Positions 1-9,461 are shown, counted from the first letter of the stretch. The stretch: DNA of 32,000 bases from Rhodospirillaceae bacterium (GCA_947476695.1 CANJRD010000013.1:69605-101604); one strand, 5' to 3'. Made by a program: numbers and translations. Notes: generated by a model from the sequence alone, not told the origin.

Positions 1-206
1 CAGCGCACGCCGGCCGGCAGGATGAAGGGGCGCATCAGGAAGCGGCCCAACAGCACCGCGGCCACGAAGACCAGCACAGTCGCCGGCGAGAAGCCGTTTT
101 TCAGGAAATAAACGAAATAGAACGCGCCGCCGCCCGACAGCGCCGCGGCATGGATGCCGTAGTGCAGATTCAGTAGGTTGACCGCGCGGTTGCGAAAATA
201 GGCCAT
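1..206 (-). CDS. Partial CDS (5' end, runs off the left edge): hydrophobic membrane protein with an MFS-transporter-like N-terminus
   Basis: Absent from the ORF track because no stop lies in the window. The reverse complement from ATG (204-206) reads MAYFRNRAVNLLNLHYGIHAAALSGGGAFYFVYFLKNGFSPATVLVFVAAVLLGRFLMRPFILPAGVR, open to position 1, with two hydrophobic spans. The family call is by resemblance only. Confidence 0.45.
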   Translation of the reverse strand, partial: MAYFRNRAVNLLNLHYGIHAAALSGGGAFYFVYFLKNGFSPATVLVFVAAVLLGRFLMRPFILPAGVR

Positions 207-328
207 GCACACGTTACCGCTAACTTGGCGCACCGCTTTGGGCGTTCCCTCTGGCGAAGGCTCCGCGCCCGGCTATTATCGGGTCCGCTCGCATAGGCCA
301 TATCAGATACGCCGCGCCGGAAGAACAG

Positions 329-2221
329 ATGTCCGATCCTCAGAAGCCAGGCAATGCGCGGCCCGCCACGGCGGATAGCTTGCATCAACGCGCGGCACAG
401 CTGCATCGCCAAGGCGATTTGGAGGCCGCGCACGAGGCCTATGCGCAAATCCTGAAGGCGGCTCCCAACGACCTTGGGGCGCTGCACATGTCCGGCATCA
501 TCGCATATCAGACCGCCCGGCTTGAGGATGCGGCGCGCCTCCTTGCCCGAGCGGCGACGGCGCACCCGGGTGTTGCCGCCGTGCATATCGATCGCGCCCT
601 GGTCCTCCAGGCGTTCAATCGGCCACGCGACGCCATCGCCAGCTTCGATCAGGCGCTGGCTTGCGTACCGAACGCCGCGGAGGTGCATGCGGCGCGCGGG
701 GGTCTGCTCCAGGGTCTCAACCGGCTGGCCGAAGCGCTTGCGAGTTACGAACGCGCCATCGCGCTGAAGCCCGACAACGCCGATGTCCACTCCAATCGTG
801 GCGTCGTGCTTCAAGCGCTGGGCCGCCTGGAAGACGCGCTTGAGAGCTACGAGAAGGCGGCCACGCTCCAGCCCAACGATTCCGACATCTTGCGCAACGG
901 CGCCCTGGTCCTGCGCGCGCTTGGCCGGCCTGCAGAGGCGCTTGCGCGTCTCGACCGTGCCGCTGCCATCGCGCCCGCGTCAGGGGACCTGCAAGCCGAT
1001 CGCGGGGCGATCTTGTTGGACATGCGCCGCCTGGACGAAGCGCTTGCCAGCTATGACCGGGCGATGTCTCTCAAGCCTCGCGATGCGGATGTCCTCGCCA
1101 ATCGTGCGGCGGTCCTGCATGCCCTGGGCCGGTATGCCGAGGCTTTGGCGGCTTACGATCTGGCTGTCGAAATCGACGCCAATCATGCGCGGGCCTACAG
1201 CAATCGCGCAGGCACGCTGGTGGAACTCGGGCGCGACCGCGAGGCGAAGGCAAGCCTCGACCGCGCGCTGGCGATTGAACCGGATCAGCCCGAGGCCAAC
1301 TTGAATCGCGCGCTCTTTCATTTGCGCGACGGCGAATTCCGCGAAGGCTGGCGGCGGTACGAATGGCGCGACGACAAAGGCCGGGCGCTGATGCAACGCC
1401 CCGGCATTCCGGTCTGGGATGGCGAGGATTCTCTCGCAGGGAAAACCATCCTGCTGCGCGCCGAACAGGGTTTTGGCGACGCCATACAATTCGTGCGCTA
1501 CGCCGAGATGATTGCCGCGCTAGGCGCGCGGGTTGTGCTGGAAGTGCCGGCGCCGCTGGTGCGTTTGCTGTCGGGCGCGGCGGGTGTGATCGAGGTGCTT
1601 GCCACCGGAACCGCTCTGCCGCCGGCCGATTTCCAGAGCCGCCTGTTGTCGTTGCCGAAGCTGTTCGCGACCGAGCTGAACACGATCCCCGCGAAGCCGC
1701 GCTATCTCGCGGCCGATGCCGCTTCGCGTGCGAAGTGGAGCGACATGCTGGCGGAGCTGCCGCATCCGCGGATCGGGTTGGCGTGGGCCGGCCGTCCCAC
1801 CCATAAGAACGACCGCAATCGTTCCATTTCTCTCGATGACTTCAGCACCTTGCTGACAGCCGACGCTGCGTATGTCGGATTGCAGCCCGACGTACGCGCG
1901 GCCGACAAGGATCAACTCGCGGCGCTGCCGATACGTCTGTTTGGCGAAGCGCTTTCTGATTTCGCTGAAACCGCCGCTTTGATCGAGAACCTCGATCTCG
2001 TGATCTCGGTCGATACGTCGGTGGCCCATCTCGCGGGCGCGCTCGGGAAGCCGGTTTGGGTGCTGTTGCCCTTCGATCCGGATTGGCGCTGGTTGCTCAA
2101 CCGCGATGATAGTCCGTGGTATCCCAGCGCGCGCCTGTTCCGGCAGAAGACACCCGGCGATTGGGGCGGCGTGTTCAGCGATGTTCGTGCGGCCCTCCAG
2201 GAGCGCCTGACATCGTCATGA
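329..2221 (+). CDS. TPR-repeat protein fused to a C-terminal glycosyltransferase family 9 (heptosyltransferase-like) domain
   Basis: 630-aa ORF starting at ATG 329. The N-terminal ~330 aa are tandem 34-aa TPR units (repeated A..Y..AL.L.P..A....NRG pattern). The C-terminal part (GFGDAIQFVRYA ... DLVISVDTSVAHLAGALGKPVWVLLP) matches the GT9-type fold signature. The stop overlaps the next start (ATGA at 2218-2221). Confidence 0.8.
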   Translation: MSDPQKPGNARPATADSLHQRAAQLHRQGDLEAAHEAYAQILKAAPNDLGALHMSGIIAYQTARLEDAARLLARAATAHPGVAAVHIDRALVLQAFNRPRDAIASFDQALACVPNAAEVHAARGGLLQGLNRLAEALASYERAIALKPDNADVHSNRGVVLQALGRLEDALESYEKAATLQPNDSDILRNGALVLRALGRPAEALARLDRAAAIAPASGDLQADRGAILLDMRRLDEALASYDRAMSLKPRDADVLANRAAVLHALGRYAEALAAYDLAVEIDANHARAYSNRAGTLVELGRDREAKASLDRALAIEPDQPEANLNRALFHLRDGEFREGWRRYEWRDDKGRALMQRPGIPVWDGEDSLAGKTILLRAEQGFGDAIQFVRYAEMIAALGARVVLEVPAPLVRLLSGAAGVIEVLATGTALPPADFQSRLLSLPKLFATELNTIPAKPRYLAADAASRAKWSDMLAELPHPRIGLAWAGRPTHKNDRNRSISLDDFSTLLTADAAYVGLQPDVRAADKDQLAALPIRLFGEALSDFAETAALIENLDLVISVDTSVAHLAGALGKPVWVLLPFDPDWRWLLNRDDSPWYPSARLFRQKTPGDWGGVFSDVRAALQERLTSS

Positions 2222-3411
2222 GCAATGATTCCGCAGATAAAAAGAATTTCGACCGGATCGGCTTCTGCTGGGCGCTGGGGACGCATAGCGGCTGGGGCAC
2301 TTACGCGCTGAATTTCGCCGTGCAAAGCGCGCAGAAGGGCGTTGCGCCTGCGATCTTCTGGGCGGAGCCCGGCCTGATCCTCACGAAGAAGCAATTGGCC
2401 GTCATCGGCGGTGCATTGGATGAAATGCCACGCTGGCGCGCAATCCTCGATCAAGGACCGACGCGGCTCGATTTTCCCTTCCTGCATGCGATGGGGGGCG
2501 ATTTCGACTTCATCTATCCCACCGCCGGCATCACAGGCGCGCCCAACATCGGCGTCACCTTTTTCGAGTCCGACGAATTCACTCCCGCCGGCATTGAACG
2601 CGCCCGGCGTTTCGATCTGATCATCGCGGGCTCGACATGGAACAAGGACGTGCTCGAACGTCATGGGCTGACGCGCGTGGCTTTCTGCCCACAAGGCGTC
2701 GACCTTGCGCGTTTTGTGCCGCGCGCGCGTCAGGGGCGTTTCGCGGGGCGTTTCGCCATCTTCAGCGGCGGCAAGCTGGAACTGCGCAAGGGACAGGACC
2801 TCGTCATCTCGGCGTTCAAAATCTTCCACGCGCGTCATGCGGATGCGCTGTTGATCGCCGCCTGGAACAGTCCTTGGCCGCAGATCGCCAAATCGATCGG
2901 TTTGTCCGGTCATGTGACGGGCGCGCCGAATATCAGCGCCGCCGGTGAACTCGAGGTCGCGCCGTGGCTTGTGGCGCAGGGCATCCCTGAAGATGCGTTT
3001 GTTGCCATCGACAAGCTTCCCAACACCAGCGTGCCGGACCTGTTGAAAGAGGTCGATCTCGCCGTGTTCCCGAACCGCTGCGAAGGCGGCACTAATCTGG
3101 TGGCGATGGAATGCATGGCGATGGGTGTGCCGGTGGTGCTGTCGCGCAACACGGGCCATCGCGATCTGATCAGCGGCGAGAATTGCTATACGCTCGATCA
3201 GCAACCGTCGCTGGGCGAGCTTGTCGGGCAGCCGGCGTATGACGACTGGGGCGAATCCTCGGTCGACGAAATCGTCGCGCGCATGGAACAGGCCTACAGC
3301 AACCGGGCTGACGCCGCAGCACGTGGGGCCGCCGGCCGCGCCTTTATGCAGTCTTGGGATTGGTCGCAGCAGATCGACCTTTGCCTGGAGGCGATCCGCC
3401 GGATTGCGTGA
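2218..3411 (+). CDS. Glycosyltransferase, GT-B fold (family 4/1-like)
   Basis: The track ORF starts at 2116, but the internal ATG at 2218 (MSNDSADKK...) overlaps the upstream stop and is the likely start. The C-terminal motif FPNRCEGGTNLVAMECMAMGVPVV is typical of retaining GT4 enzymes (E-x7-E region). Confidence 0.75.
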   Translation: MSNDSADKKNFDRIGFCWALGTHSGWGTYALNFAVQSAQKGVAPAIFWAEPGLILTKKQLAVIGGALDEMPRWRAILDQGPTRLDFPFLHAMGGDFDFIYPTAGITGAPNIGVTFFESDEFTPAGIERARRFDLIIAGSTWNKDVLERHGLTRVAFCPQGVDLARFVPRARQGRFAGRFAIFSGGKLELRKGQDLVISAFKIFHARHADALLIAAWNSPWPQIAKSIGLSGHVTGAPNISAAGELEVAPWLVAQGIPEDAFVAIDKLPNTSVPDLLKEVDLAVFPNRCEGGTNLVAMECMAMGVPVVLSRNTGHRDLISGENCYTLDQQPSLGELVGQPAYDDWGESSVDEIVARMEQAYSNRADAAARGAAGRAFMQSWDWSQQIDLCLEAIRRIA

Positions 3412-3679
3412 CGACTGTCGCGGCCAGCAGTTTCCGCAGCTTGCGATCGCGCTTCAGGTGCCACTCCCGGCTCATCGCCGCGCGGCGATCGTCGTATTTC
3501 TCGGCGTAGAGCAGGCACCACAGGCGCCCGCGCGTCGAACGCGCCCCGCGCCCGCTGTTGTGCTGGGCCAGGCGGCGGTCGAGATCGAGCGTCCAGCCGA
3601 CATATGTGCGCGGCCCGTCCGTGCAAGCGGCGCCGATGACGTAGACATAGCAAGCCGTCGTGTCGGACGCGGCGGTCAT
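3344..3679 (-). CDS. GIY-YIG nuclease-domain family protein (UPF0213-like)
   Basis: 111-aa ORF: CYVYVIG..GPRTYVGWTLDLDRRLAQHNSG...LLYAEKYDDRRAAMSREWHLKR fits the GIY...YIG...R...E pattern. The ATG (3677-3679) overlaps the stop of the upstream 81-aa ORF. The 3' tail overlaps the convergent GT gene by 68 nt. Confidence 0.7.
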   Translation of the reverse strand: MTAASDTTACYVYVIGAACTDGPRTYVGWTLDLDRRLAQHNSGRGARSTRGRLWCLLYAEKYDDRRAAMSREWHLKRDRKLRKLLAATVVTQSGGSPPGKGRSAATNPKTA

Positions 3680-3921
3680 TTCCGGCGCTTTGTCCCGCGT
3701 GTTTGCAGATCCTCATGCGTCCGGCGGACGATGCGCAGGATCATCGCCGCAGCCTTGTCGTCGCCGCGCGCATCGAACGCGAGATCGAGCTTCTTGAGCG
3801 CCTCGAGCTTCGCCTCATGCGGTCGTGTGCCGAGATAGGCATTCAGCCAATTGGCAATCGCGCGCGGGTCCGGTGTCGCCTTCGCGAGGTCGAGTAGGGC
3901 AGGGATGGGATCGGTCGCCAT
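3676..3921 (-). CDS. Hypothetical 81-aa protein, translationally coupled to the GIY-YIG gene
   Basis: ATG at 3919-3921. The stop TGA overlaps the GIY-YIG ATG (ATGA). It starts 15 nt after the FGE-like gene ends. No family recognised. Confidence 0.45.
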   Translation of the reverse strand: MATDPIPALLDLAKATPDPRAIANWLNAYLGTRPHEAKLEALKKLDLAFDARGDDKAAAMILRIVRRTHEDLQTRGTKRRK

Positions 3922-3936
3922 GCCCCATGATTGACG

Positions 3937-4881
3937 TCAATCGAGCGTCCGCGCCAAGCGAATTCCGAGATAGCCGCTCCGATAATCGGGATTGAGGCGG
4001 TCGCGCGCGGCCGAGCGCAGATAGCGCGGATGGCTGACCCAGGCGCTGCCGCGGCTGACGAAGATCGGACGGCCGCACGAGGTGCGCGCTGTGCCATCCG
4101 TCGGTGCGCCCTCGTAGCTGGCCTCGTAGCAGTCCTCGATCCACTGCCAAGCGTTCCCGGCCATGTCGTAAAGCCCGAACGGATTGGGCGCAAGCGACGC
4201 GACGGGCGCGGTGTAAATCCACACGTCCTTGCCCTCGACCAGCGGCCCGCAGGCCGGACCCGCGCAATCGGCGCCGAAGTTGGCGTATTCATGGCTGATC
4301 GTGTCACCCCACCACGAACGCGTGGTCGTGCCGGCGCGTGTGGCGTATTCCCATTCAGCTTCGGACGGCAGGCGGTAGGGCGTGGCGTCGACCGGGAGCC
4401 TCAGCGCCCGGCGGACCTTCTCGTTGATCCATGCGACATAAGCATGCGCGTCGTCATAGTCGACGCAGACCACGGGATCGCGGTCGGTTTGCGGGAAGCC
4501 GGGATCGCGCCAGTTGCGGCTGGCGGTGGTGGTGCCCTTCTGCTGCTTGACGTCGAAGACGTTGCAGGCCGGGCCGCCGTAATGGCCAGTCTCGCGCACG
4601 AAGCGTGCGTACTCGGCGCGGGTGATGTGCGTGACGCCGAGCGCGAAGCTGCGACCGATGGTCACTTTGTGCTGCGGGCCCTCGATGTCCTCGCGCAGGT
4701 CCTCGCTCGCGGCCGAGCCCATGGTGAAAGACCCGGGCGGGATCACGATCATCTCCGGACATTCGGCGCAGTCGCGGAACTTGGCACCTACAGGCCGGGC
4801 CTTAGAGGCCGCGGCGGCGGGGTCTATCGCCCCTGCGGCCAGCAACAGAACGACAAACCCAAAAAGTAGGCGACTGAACAT
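3937..4881 (-). CDS. Secreted formylglycine-generating-enzyme (SUMF1/EgtB/PvdO) family protein
   Basis: 314 aa with an N-terminal signal-like segment (MFSRLLFGFVVLLLAAGA). Motifs RLPSEAEWEYATRAGT, GLYDMAGNAWQWIEDC and RGSAWVS are hallmarks of the FGE-sulfatase domain. GGAGG lies 6 nt upstream of the ATG. Confidence 0.8.
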   Translation of the reverse strand: MFSRLLFGFVVLLLAAGAIDPAAAASKARPVGAKFRDCAECPEMIVIPPGSFTMGSAASEDLREDIEGPQHKVTIGRSFALGVTHITRAEYARFVRETGHYGGPACNVFDVKQQKGTTTASRNWRDPGFPQTDRDPVVCVDYDDAHAYVAWINEKVRRALRLPVDATPYRLPSEAEWEYATRAGTTTRSWWGDTISHEYANFGADCAGPACGPLVEGKDVWIYTAPVASLAPNPFGLYDMAGNAWQWIEDCYEASYEGAPTDGTARTSCGRPIFVSRGSAWVSHPRYLRSAARDRLNPDYRSGYLGIRLARTLD

Positions 4882-4992
4882 GGCCCGTCCTCCCCCAAGG
4901 TCGTACCGGGAAGCCTAACGCCAGGCCATCAACAAGCAAGGAAACGCGGATAGACCGTCCAAGACGTGACTCCGCGTGTCACGGCCGGCCGC

Positions 4993-5742
4993 TTAGTAGG
5001 CGCGCAGTGTGCGGATCGGCTTCAAGCTGATCTCGCTTGCCGATTCCGCGCGATGCTTGAAAAGCCAGAGCGCTCGCAGGTCTTCGGAAATCGTGCAGAA
5101 GGTGTCGAAGTCCTCCATCTCCCCGAACAGGTCTTCGGGCTTAATGGCGGCGAAGGTGCCGAGGAACAGCGCCGACATTTCCGAATCCTTTTTCTTCACA
5201 AGCCTGAAGGACGGGAAATTCCGCGTGGCGTAGACGCGGATCATCTGCAGCGCTTTGTAAACCAGCGAGCTGTCGTGGAACATCACGATGGCATCGGATT
5301 TCAGCAGCGGCAGCACGTAGAGAAAATCGCGGAAGCAGGCGAGGTCGGTGTGTTCGCCGTCGATGAAGGCAAGATCGTAACGACGCTCCACGCTCGCCAG
5401 CGTTTCGATCGAGTAATCGTACGTTGTCAGTTTGGTGGTCGGCACGCCGTGCTTGGTCAGGTTGTCGCGCATCGCCTGGCTGGTGATCGGCGTGTAGTCG
5501 ACGTTGATCCCGCGCTCGTCCTTGATGGCATGGCCGCGGTCGTCGATGGACAGGACCGACAAACAATAACTGTCGAACAGGAACGGCGTCAGCGATCCGC
5601 CCATGAACGAGCCGATCTCGACGTAGTCATAAGGGCGCTGCAACGCCCCAAAGATGTTCTTCATCCTGAAGATGAAGTCCTTGTCGGTTTCGGACGTCTG
5701 CGATTGGATCGGGAATTCGTTCATGGCGTGCGTTTCAACCAT
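4993..5742 (-). CDS. Class I SAM-dependent methyltransferase (Methyltransf_24/CmcI-like)
   Basis: The track ORF begins at a TTG (5754). The in-frame ATGs at 5742 or 5724 are more likely starts. YVEIGSFMGGS (SAM-binding glycine-rich loop) and LAFIDGEHT are typical of this family. The region is somewhat more AT-rich than its neighbours. Confidence 0.6.
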   Translation of the reverse strand: MVETHAMNEFPIQSQTSETDKDFIFRMKNIFGALQRPYDYVEIGSFMGGSLTPFLFDSYCLSVLSIDDRGHAIKDERGINVDYTPITSQAMRDNLTKHGVPTTKLTTYDYSIETLASVERRYDLAFIDGEHTDLACFRDFLYVLPLLKSDAIVMFHDSSLVYKALQMIRVYATRNFPSFRLVKKKDSEMSALFLGTFAAIKPEDLFGEMEDFDTFCTISEDLRALWLFKHRAESASEISLKPIRTLRAY

Positions 5743-5787
5743 TCTTCGGTTCAAAACCGTACCCGCGACTGGTTAACATCTCCTCCA

Positions 5788-5817
5788 GGGCGGCCCAGCT
5801 CTCACGATGGGCGGCCC
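5788..5817. repeat. Direct repeat GGGCGGCCC x2, 21 bp apart, in a divergent promoter region
   Basis: GGGCGGCCC occurs at 5788-5796 and 5809-5817, between the methyltransferase (-) and the FAD oxidoreductase (+). Possible operator, with no further support. Confidence 0.3.
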
Positions 5818-5895
5818 TCGATAGCAGACTCGCCTTCGCGCGTTTTATGGTCGAAAAGATGTGACGCAGTTTGCGAATCAGCACGTTCGAGGCAG

Positions 5896-7335
5896 ATGCA
5901 TCCAATGGCTTGGGACTATTTGATTATCGGCGCCGGCACGGCGGGGATTCCGGCCGCGATTTTCGCCTCTCGTCGCGGCGCCCGTGTTCTGCTGATTGAT
6001 GCAGCGCCAACCGTGGGTGGTACGCTGCATATCGCGCGTGGCCAGATCAGCGCCGCCGAAACGCATCTGCAGAAAGCAAAAGGGATCGCCGACAGCGTCG
6101 ACGCGCACTACGACGACGTCATGCGTCTTTCGCAAGGCACGGCCGATCCGGAGATTGTGAAACTCGCGGTCCGAGAAGCATCGGGAACCGTCAACTGGCT
6201 GTTGGAGGCGGGCCTGGTTCCACTTCCCGACCAACCGGTGACCGGCGAAAGCCCCGGCCGGCTTGGATACGCGACGCCCCGGTATCTCTGGGGCGAGAAA
6301 ATGGGCAAGGCCATCCTGGCCGTCCTGGAGAAGGAACTCGAGCCCGAGGTCAGCAGCGGAAGGATCGATATCCGCGTGAACGCGCGCGCGACCGAATTGC
6401 TGCGCGATGCGTCGGGTGGCGTCATCGGTGCGCGCGTCATGATCGACAATCGCGAGGAAGAGTTCCTTGCCCGATACACCCTGCTCACCACTGGCGGCTA
6501 TTCGTTCAACCCCGAACTCTTCGAGGAACTGACCGGTGCGCCGGCCTACACCGGCGGCGCTTATCCTTTCGCACGCGGCGACGGCATCTTGTTGACCAAG
6601 TCTCTCGAAGCGGGTGTGCGCAATGGCGATCTGCACCGTCCCGGTCTTGGCGCGATCCTCTCCGGCGACAAGTTCCCCGCCACGATCTTCGCGCGCTTCA
6701 ACACCATGCCTGAAGAGCGGATGCCCTGGGAGATCTGGGTCGACAGCAGCGGCCGCCGCTTCATGCGTGAGGACGAGGCGAACACCTACGACCGCGAGAA
6801 GATTTTCGCCAAGCTGCCGAAGCTTCGGTACTCCGTCGTGTTCGATGAGGACATTTTCCAAGCCGCGCCACCCGGGGTCGCCCAAGCGTACCCCGGCGTG
6901 GCCCAATGGACGCGCGAGCAGATCGCGGCGCAGTTCGACGCGCATCCCATGTTCATTCGCGCCGATACGCTTGCTGAACTTGCGGCGGGGATTGGGGTCG
7001 ACCCGGATCGGCTCGAAGAAACCGTGCGGCGCTACAACGCCGGTGTCGCGAACAAGAGCGACGAATTCGGCCGGGCCTTCATGCCGATGCCCATCGTGCG
7101 TCCGCCGTTCTATGCGATCGTCTTGCTCGCGCATTCCGTGACATCGGCCGCCGGCCTCACCGTCGATGGTTCGTTGCGCGTTTTGAACAGCCGTGGCGTG
7201 CCGATCCCGGGTCTCTATGCGGCGGGCGAGCTTCTCGGAAGCGGTGCAACGCTCGGCAATGCCTTCGTGCCCGGCATGATGATCGGGCCGGCCATGTCGC
7301 TCGGCCGGATGTTGGGCATGCAGTTGCCGCTCTAA
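5896..7335 (+). CDS. FAD-dependent oxidoreductase (FAD_binding_2 / fumarate-reductase-flavoprotein-like)
   Basis: The track ORF (4966-7335, 789 aa) is artificially extended across the antisense of the methyltransferase. The real start is probably ATG 5896 (or 5905). The N-terminal dinucleotide-binding motif is DYLIIGAGTAGIPAAIFASRRGARVLLID, and the C-terminal GLYAAGE is typical of this flavoprotein family. Confidence 0.75.
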   Translation: MHPMAWDYLIIGAGTAGIPAAIFASRRGARVLLIDAAPTVGGTLHIARGQISAAETHLQKAKGIADSVDAHYDDVMRLSQGTADPEIVKLAVREASGTVNWLLEAGLVPLPDQPVTGESPGRLGYATPRYLWGEKMGKAILAVLEKELEPEVSSGRIDIRVNARATELLRDASGGVIGARVMIDNREEEFLARYTLLTTGGYSFNPELFEELTGAPAYTGGAYPFARGDGILLTKSLEAGVRNGDLHRPGLGAILSGDKFPATIFARFNTMPEERMPWEIWVDSSGRRFMREDEANTYDREKIFAKLPKLRYSVVFDEDIFQAAPPGVAQAYPGVAQWTREQIAAQFDAHPMFIRADTLAELAAGIGVDPDRLEETVRRYNAGVANKSDEFGRAFMPMPIVRPPFYAIVLLAHSVTSAAGLTVDGSLRVLNSRGVPIPGLYAAGELLGSGATLGNAFVPGMMIGPAMSLGRMLGMQLPL

Positions 7336-7341
7336 CCGACT

Positions 7342-8883
7342 CTACTCGACGCTGATCGTCTCGTAGTTGATGCGCGTGTGCGCAGGCTCATACTTCTTGA
7401 CCCGCGCCGCCACGCCGTCGAGCACGGGGATGTCGTACAGCAGGATGGCGGTTGCCTGATCGCGATAGAACTTCAGGATGTCGCGGGTGATCGCCGCCCG
7501 TTTGCCGTCGTCGAACTCGCGCAAGGCCGCTTCCAGTTTCGGCGTGACCGTGCGGTCGCAATACCAAGGCTTGGGCCACAAGCAGGAATGCAGACGCAAC
7601 GTGCGCAGCGGATCCATCGTCGGCGTCGACCCGAAAATCTGCGAGAAGGAGTCGCCGCGCCAGCCGCCTTCGTTGATGATCTTCACCATCTGGGGCGTGG
7701 GGATCGGGATCAACTTCATGGTGACGCCAACGGCGGCGAGATCCGCCGCGACCATCTGATAGACGGCGCTGTCGCCCGCGTTCTGCGAAATCAGGATTTC
7801 TGTTTCCAGTGTCAGACCGCGCTCGTAGCCGGCCTCTTTCAGCAGCGCGCGCGCTTTCGCCGGATCGTAGGGATAGGGCTTGAGGTCGTCGTTATAGCCG
7901 AACAGTCCGTGCACAGCGCCCTGACTGGAAGGCTGGGACAAACCGTGCAGGATTTCGCGCGTGATGGCTTCGCGATTGACCGCGTAGTTCAACGCCTGTC
8001 GCACGCGGAGGTCGTCCACCGGCTTGCCGGCGCCGACGACGAATGTGACCGAAATCACGTCCATCGGCGCGCGCGCATGCAGGCGGCCGCCGGTCTTCTC
8101 GATTTGCGGTTTTTCCTCCGGCCCCATGCCCATCGCGATGTCGATGCCTTTGGTGACAAGGGCGTCAAGGCGCGCCGTCATCTCGGGCATGTTGAGCAAT
8201 TCGAGCTTGGACAGGTTGGCGCGTCGCCAGCTTTTCGGATTGGCGGTGTAAGTGATGCGCGTCGCGCCCCAGGCGTCGAGAGTGAACGGGCCCGTGCCAA
8301 TCGGCGCCTTCGAGAAACCTGTAGGTCCCAGGGTGTCCCACTGCTGCGGTTCGACAACATAGAATGCCGACATCTCGCGCGGCAGCAGAGCATCGGGCTT
8401 GGAGGTTGTGACCTCCACGGTCAGAGGATCGACGGCGCGAACGGAAGCGATGGCGTCGAGCATGCGGCCGACCACCGAGGTGCGGCCTTCCGGCGTCAAC
8501 AGCCAGCGAATATTCGCGGCGACCGCTTCAGCATCGCAGGGGCGCCCGTTTGAGAACGTGACGTTAGGCCGCAGCTTGAAAATCCAGGTCGTCGGGTTCG
8601 GCGAGGTCCAAGACAGCGCGAGTTCGGGCTGAAGCTCGTTCGTCTCGGTGAAGCGGGTCAGCGAGTCAAAGATCGGAGACCAGGTATAATCGCCCATCGA
8701 GCTGACGATCTTGCGGGGATCCGCCCCGCCGGGCGGGAAGGCCACGACACCGACCTTGAGGGTTCCGTCGGCAAAGGCGGGCGTTGCGACGCTCCCCATC
8801 GCGGCCGCGATACATAACGCTCCGACAAGCAAGCGTTTGGAAAACGGGGCGCGGCGAAACAGGTTCAGCGACACGGGCAGCAT
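7342..8883 (-). CDS. ABC transporter substrate-binding protein, family 5 (peptide/nickel type), orphan
   Basis: 513 aa with a signal peptide (LLVGALCIAAAMGSVATPAFA/DG) and an SBP_bac_5-like sequence throughout. GGAGG abuts ATG 8883, so GTG 8874 may be the true start. No permease or ATPase genes are adjacent. Confidence 0.8.
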   Translation of the reverse strand: MLPVSLNLFRRAPFSKRLLVGALCIAAAMGSVATPAFADGTLKVGVVAFPPGGADPRKIVSSMGDYTWSPIFDSLTRFTETNELQPELALSWTSPNPTTWIFKLRPNVTFSNGRPCDAEAVAANIRWLLTPEGRTSVVGRMLDAIASVRAVDPLTVEVTTSKPDALLPREMSAFYVVEPQQWDTLGPTGFSKAPIGTGPFTLDAWGATRITYTANPKSWRRANLSKLELLNMPEMTARLDALVTKGIDIAMGMGPEEKPQIEKTGGRLHARAPMDVISVTFVVGAGKPVDDLRVRQALNYAVNREAITREILHGLSQPSSQGAVHGLFGYNDDLKPYPYDPAKARALLKEAGYERGLTLETEILISQNAGDSAVYQMVAADLAAVGVTMKLIPIPTPQMVKIINEGGWRGDSFSQIFGSTPTMDPLRTLRLHSCLWPKPWYCDRTVTPKLEAALREFDDGKRAAITRDILKFYRDQATAILLYDIPVLDGVAARVKKYEPAHTRINYETISVE

Positions 8884-8986
8884 CCTCCAAGCTTGAACGC
8901 GTTAAACGCGAAAGCCCACGTTAGCCTGCGGCGGGGGATTTGGGGATGGTTTGCTTGGGTCCGCGCGCGTGGCGGCGGGAGGGGGG

Positions 8987-8999
8987 TGGTGCCGGTTAC
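8987..8999. repeat. Distal att-like copy of the tRNA-Thr 3' end (13 bp)
   Basis: TGGTGCCGGTTAC is identical to 16455-16467. The match ends after 13 bp. Confidence 0.7.
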
Positions 9000-9048
9000 A
9001 CCGCTCAGGAGGCCTACGTGGGCAGCGTCATGGCGCGCGCGCCCTTGA

Positions 9049-9461
9049 GCAACACGCCCGGATACGGCACCGATCATCGACCAGACGGGCGTAGGGCACG
9101 TTGTGTTCGACATGTTTCGCGCCGCCGGCCTGCATCCCAAGGGCTGCACCATCACGGCGGGCGAGAATGAAACTTGGACCCCGGAAGGCTAGCGCGTGGC
9201 CAAGCTCCAGTTGGTGAGCCGGCTCCAGGCCATGCTTCATAGCGGTCAGTTGGAAATCGCGGCGGACCTGCCGGACCTCGCCGCCTTGAAGGTCGACTAC
9301 AGAACTTCCGCGTCAACTTCACGGGCATTGGCAAGATGACCTTTGCCGCCCTCGTCGGCGCACATGACGACCTCATTTTAGCGGTGGCGATTGCACTTTG
9401 GTACGCGGTCTATCGTTCAACGCCGCGAAGATGGCAACGGGATCTCATGGCAGACATCTAA
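9049..9461 (+). pseudogene. Fragment A: C-terminal ~2/3 of a terminase-large-subunit nuclease-like (RNase H fold) protein, disrupted
   Basis: Reads ATRPDTAPIIDQTGVGHVVFDMFRAAGLHPKGCTITAGENETWTPEG*RVAKLQLVSRLQAMLHSGQLEIAADLPDLAALK. After a frame change near 9290-9300 it continues LQNFRVNFTGIGKMTFAALVGAHDDLILAVAIALWYAVYR... and stops at 9459-9461. There is an in-frame TAG at 9190-9192. It parallels fragment B (VVDITGTGRSVV ... ADDLVFAAALATW). Confidence 0.55.

Noticed and set aside
170-814. 214-aa minus-strand ORF at the left end
   Set aside because: Most of it is antisense to the TPR gene. The real minus-strand gene at the window edge is in another frame (ATG 204-206, running to position 1).
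1912-3204. 430-aa minus-strand ORF opposite the two glycosyltransferase genes
   Set aside because: Antisense artefact. The + strand ORFs carry clear GT9 and GT4 motifs.
4966-5895. N-terminal 310 codons of the 789-aa track ORF
   Set aside because: This part is antisense to the well-supported methyltransferase (4993-5742) and has no flavoprotein homology. The Rossmann motif begins right after ATG 5896.
3931-8553. Long antisense ORFs 3931-4869 (+), 5878-7134 (-) and 7378-8553 (+)
   Set aside because: Each lies opposite a gene with strong family motifs (FGE-like, FAD oxidoreductase, solute-binding protein). None has motifs of its own.
8865-9240. Track ORFs 8865-9155 (-), 8940-9170 (+) and 9028-9240 (-) near the left island end
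   Set aside because: They are alternative frames or strands over the terminase-nuclease-like fragment A and the att region. Only the frame reading IIDQTGVG...HDDLILAVAIALW has family resemblance, and it is disrupted.
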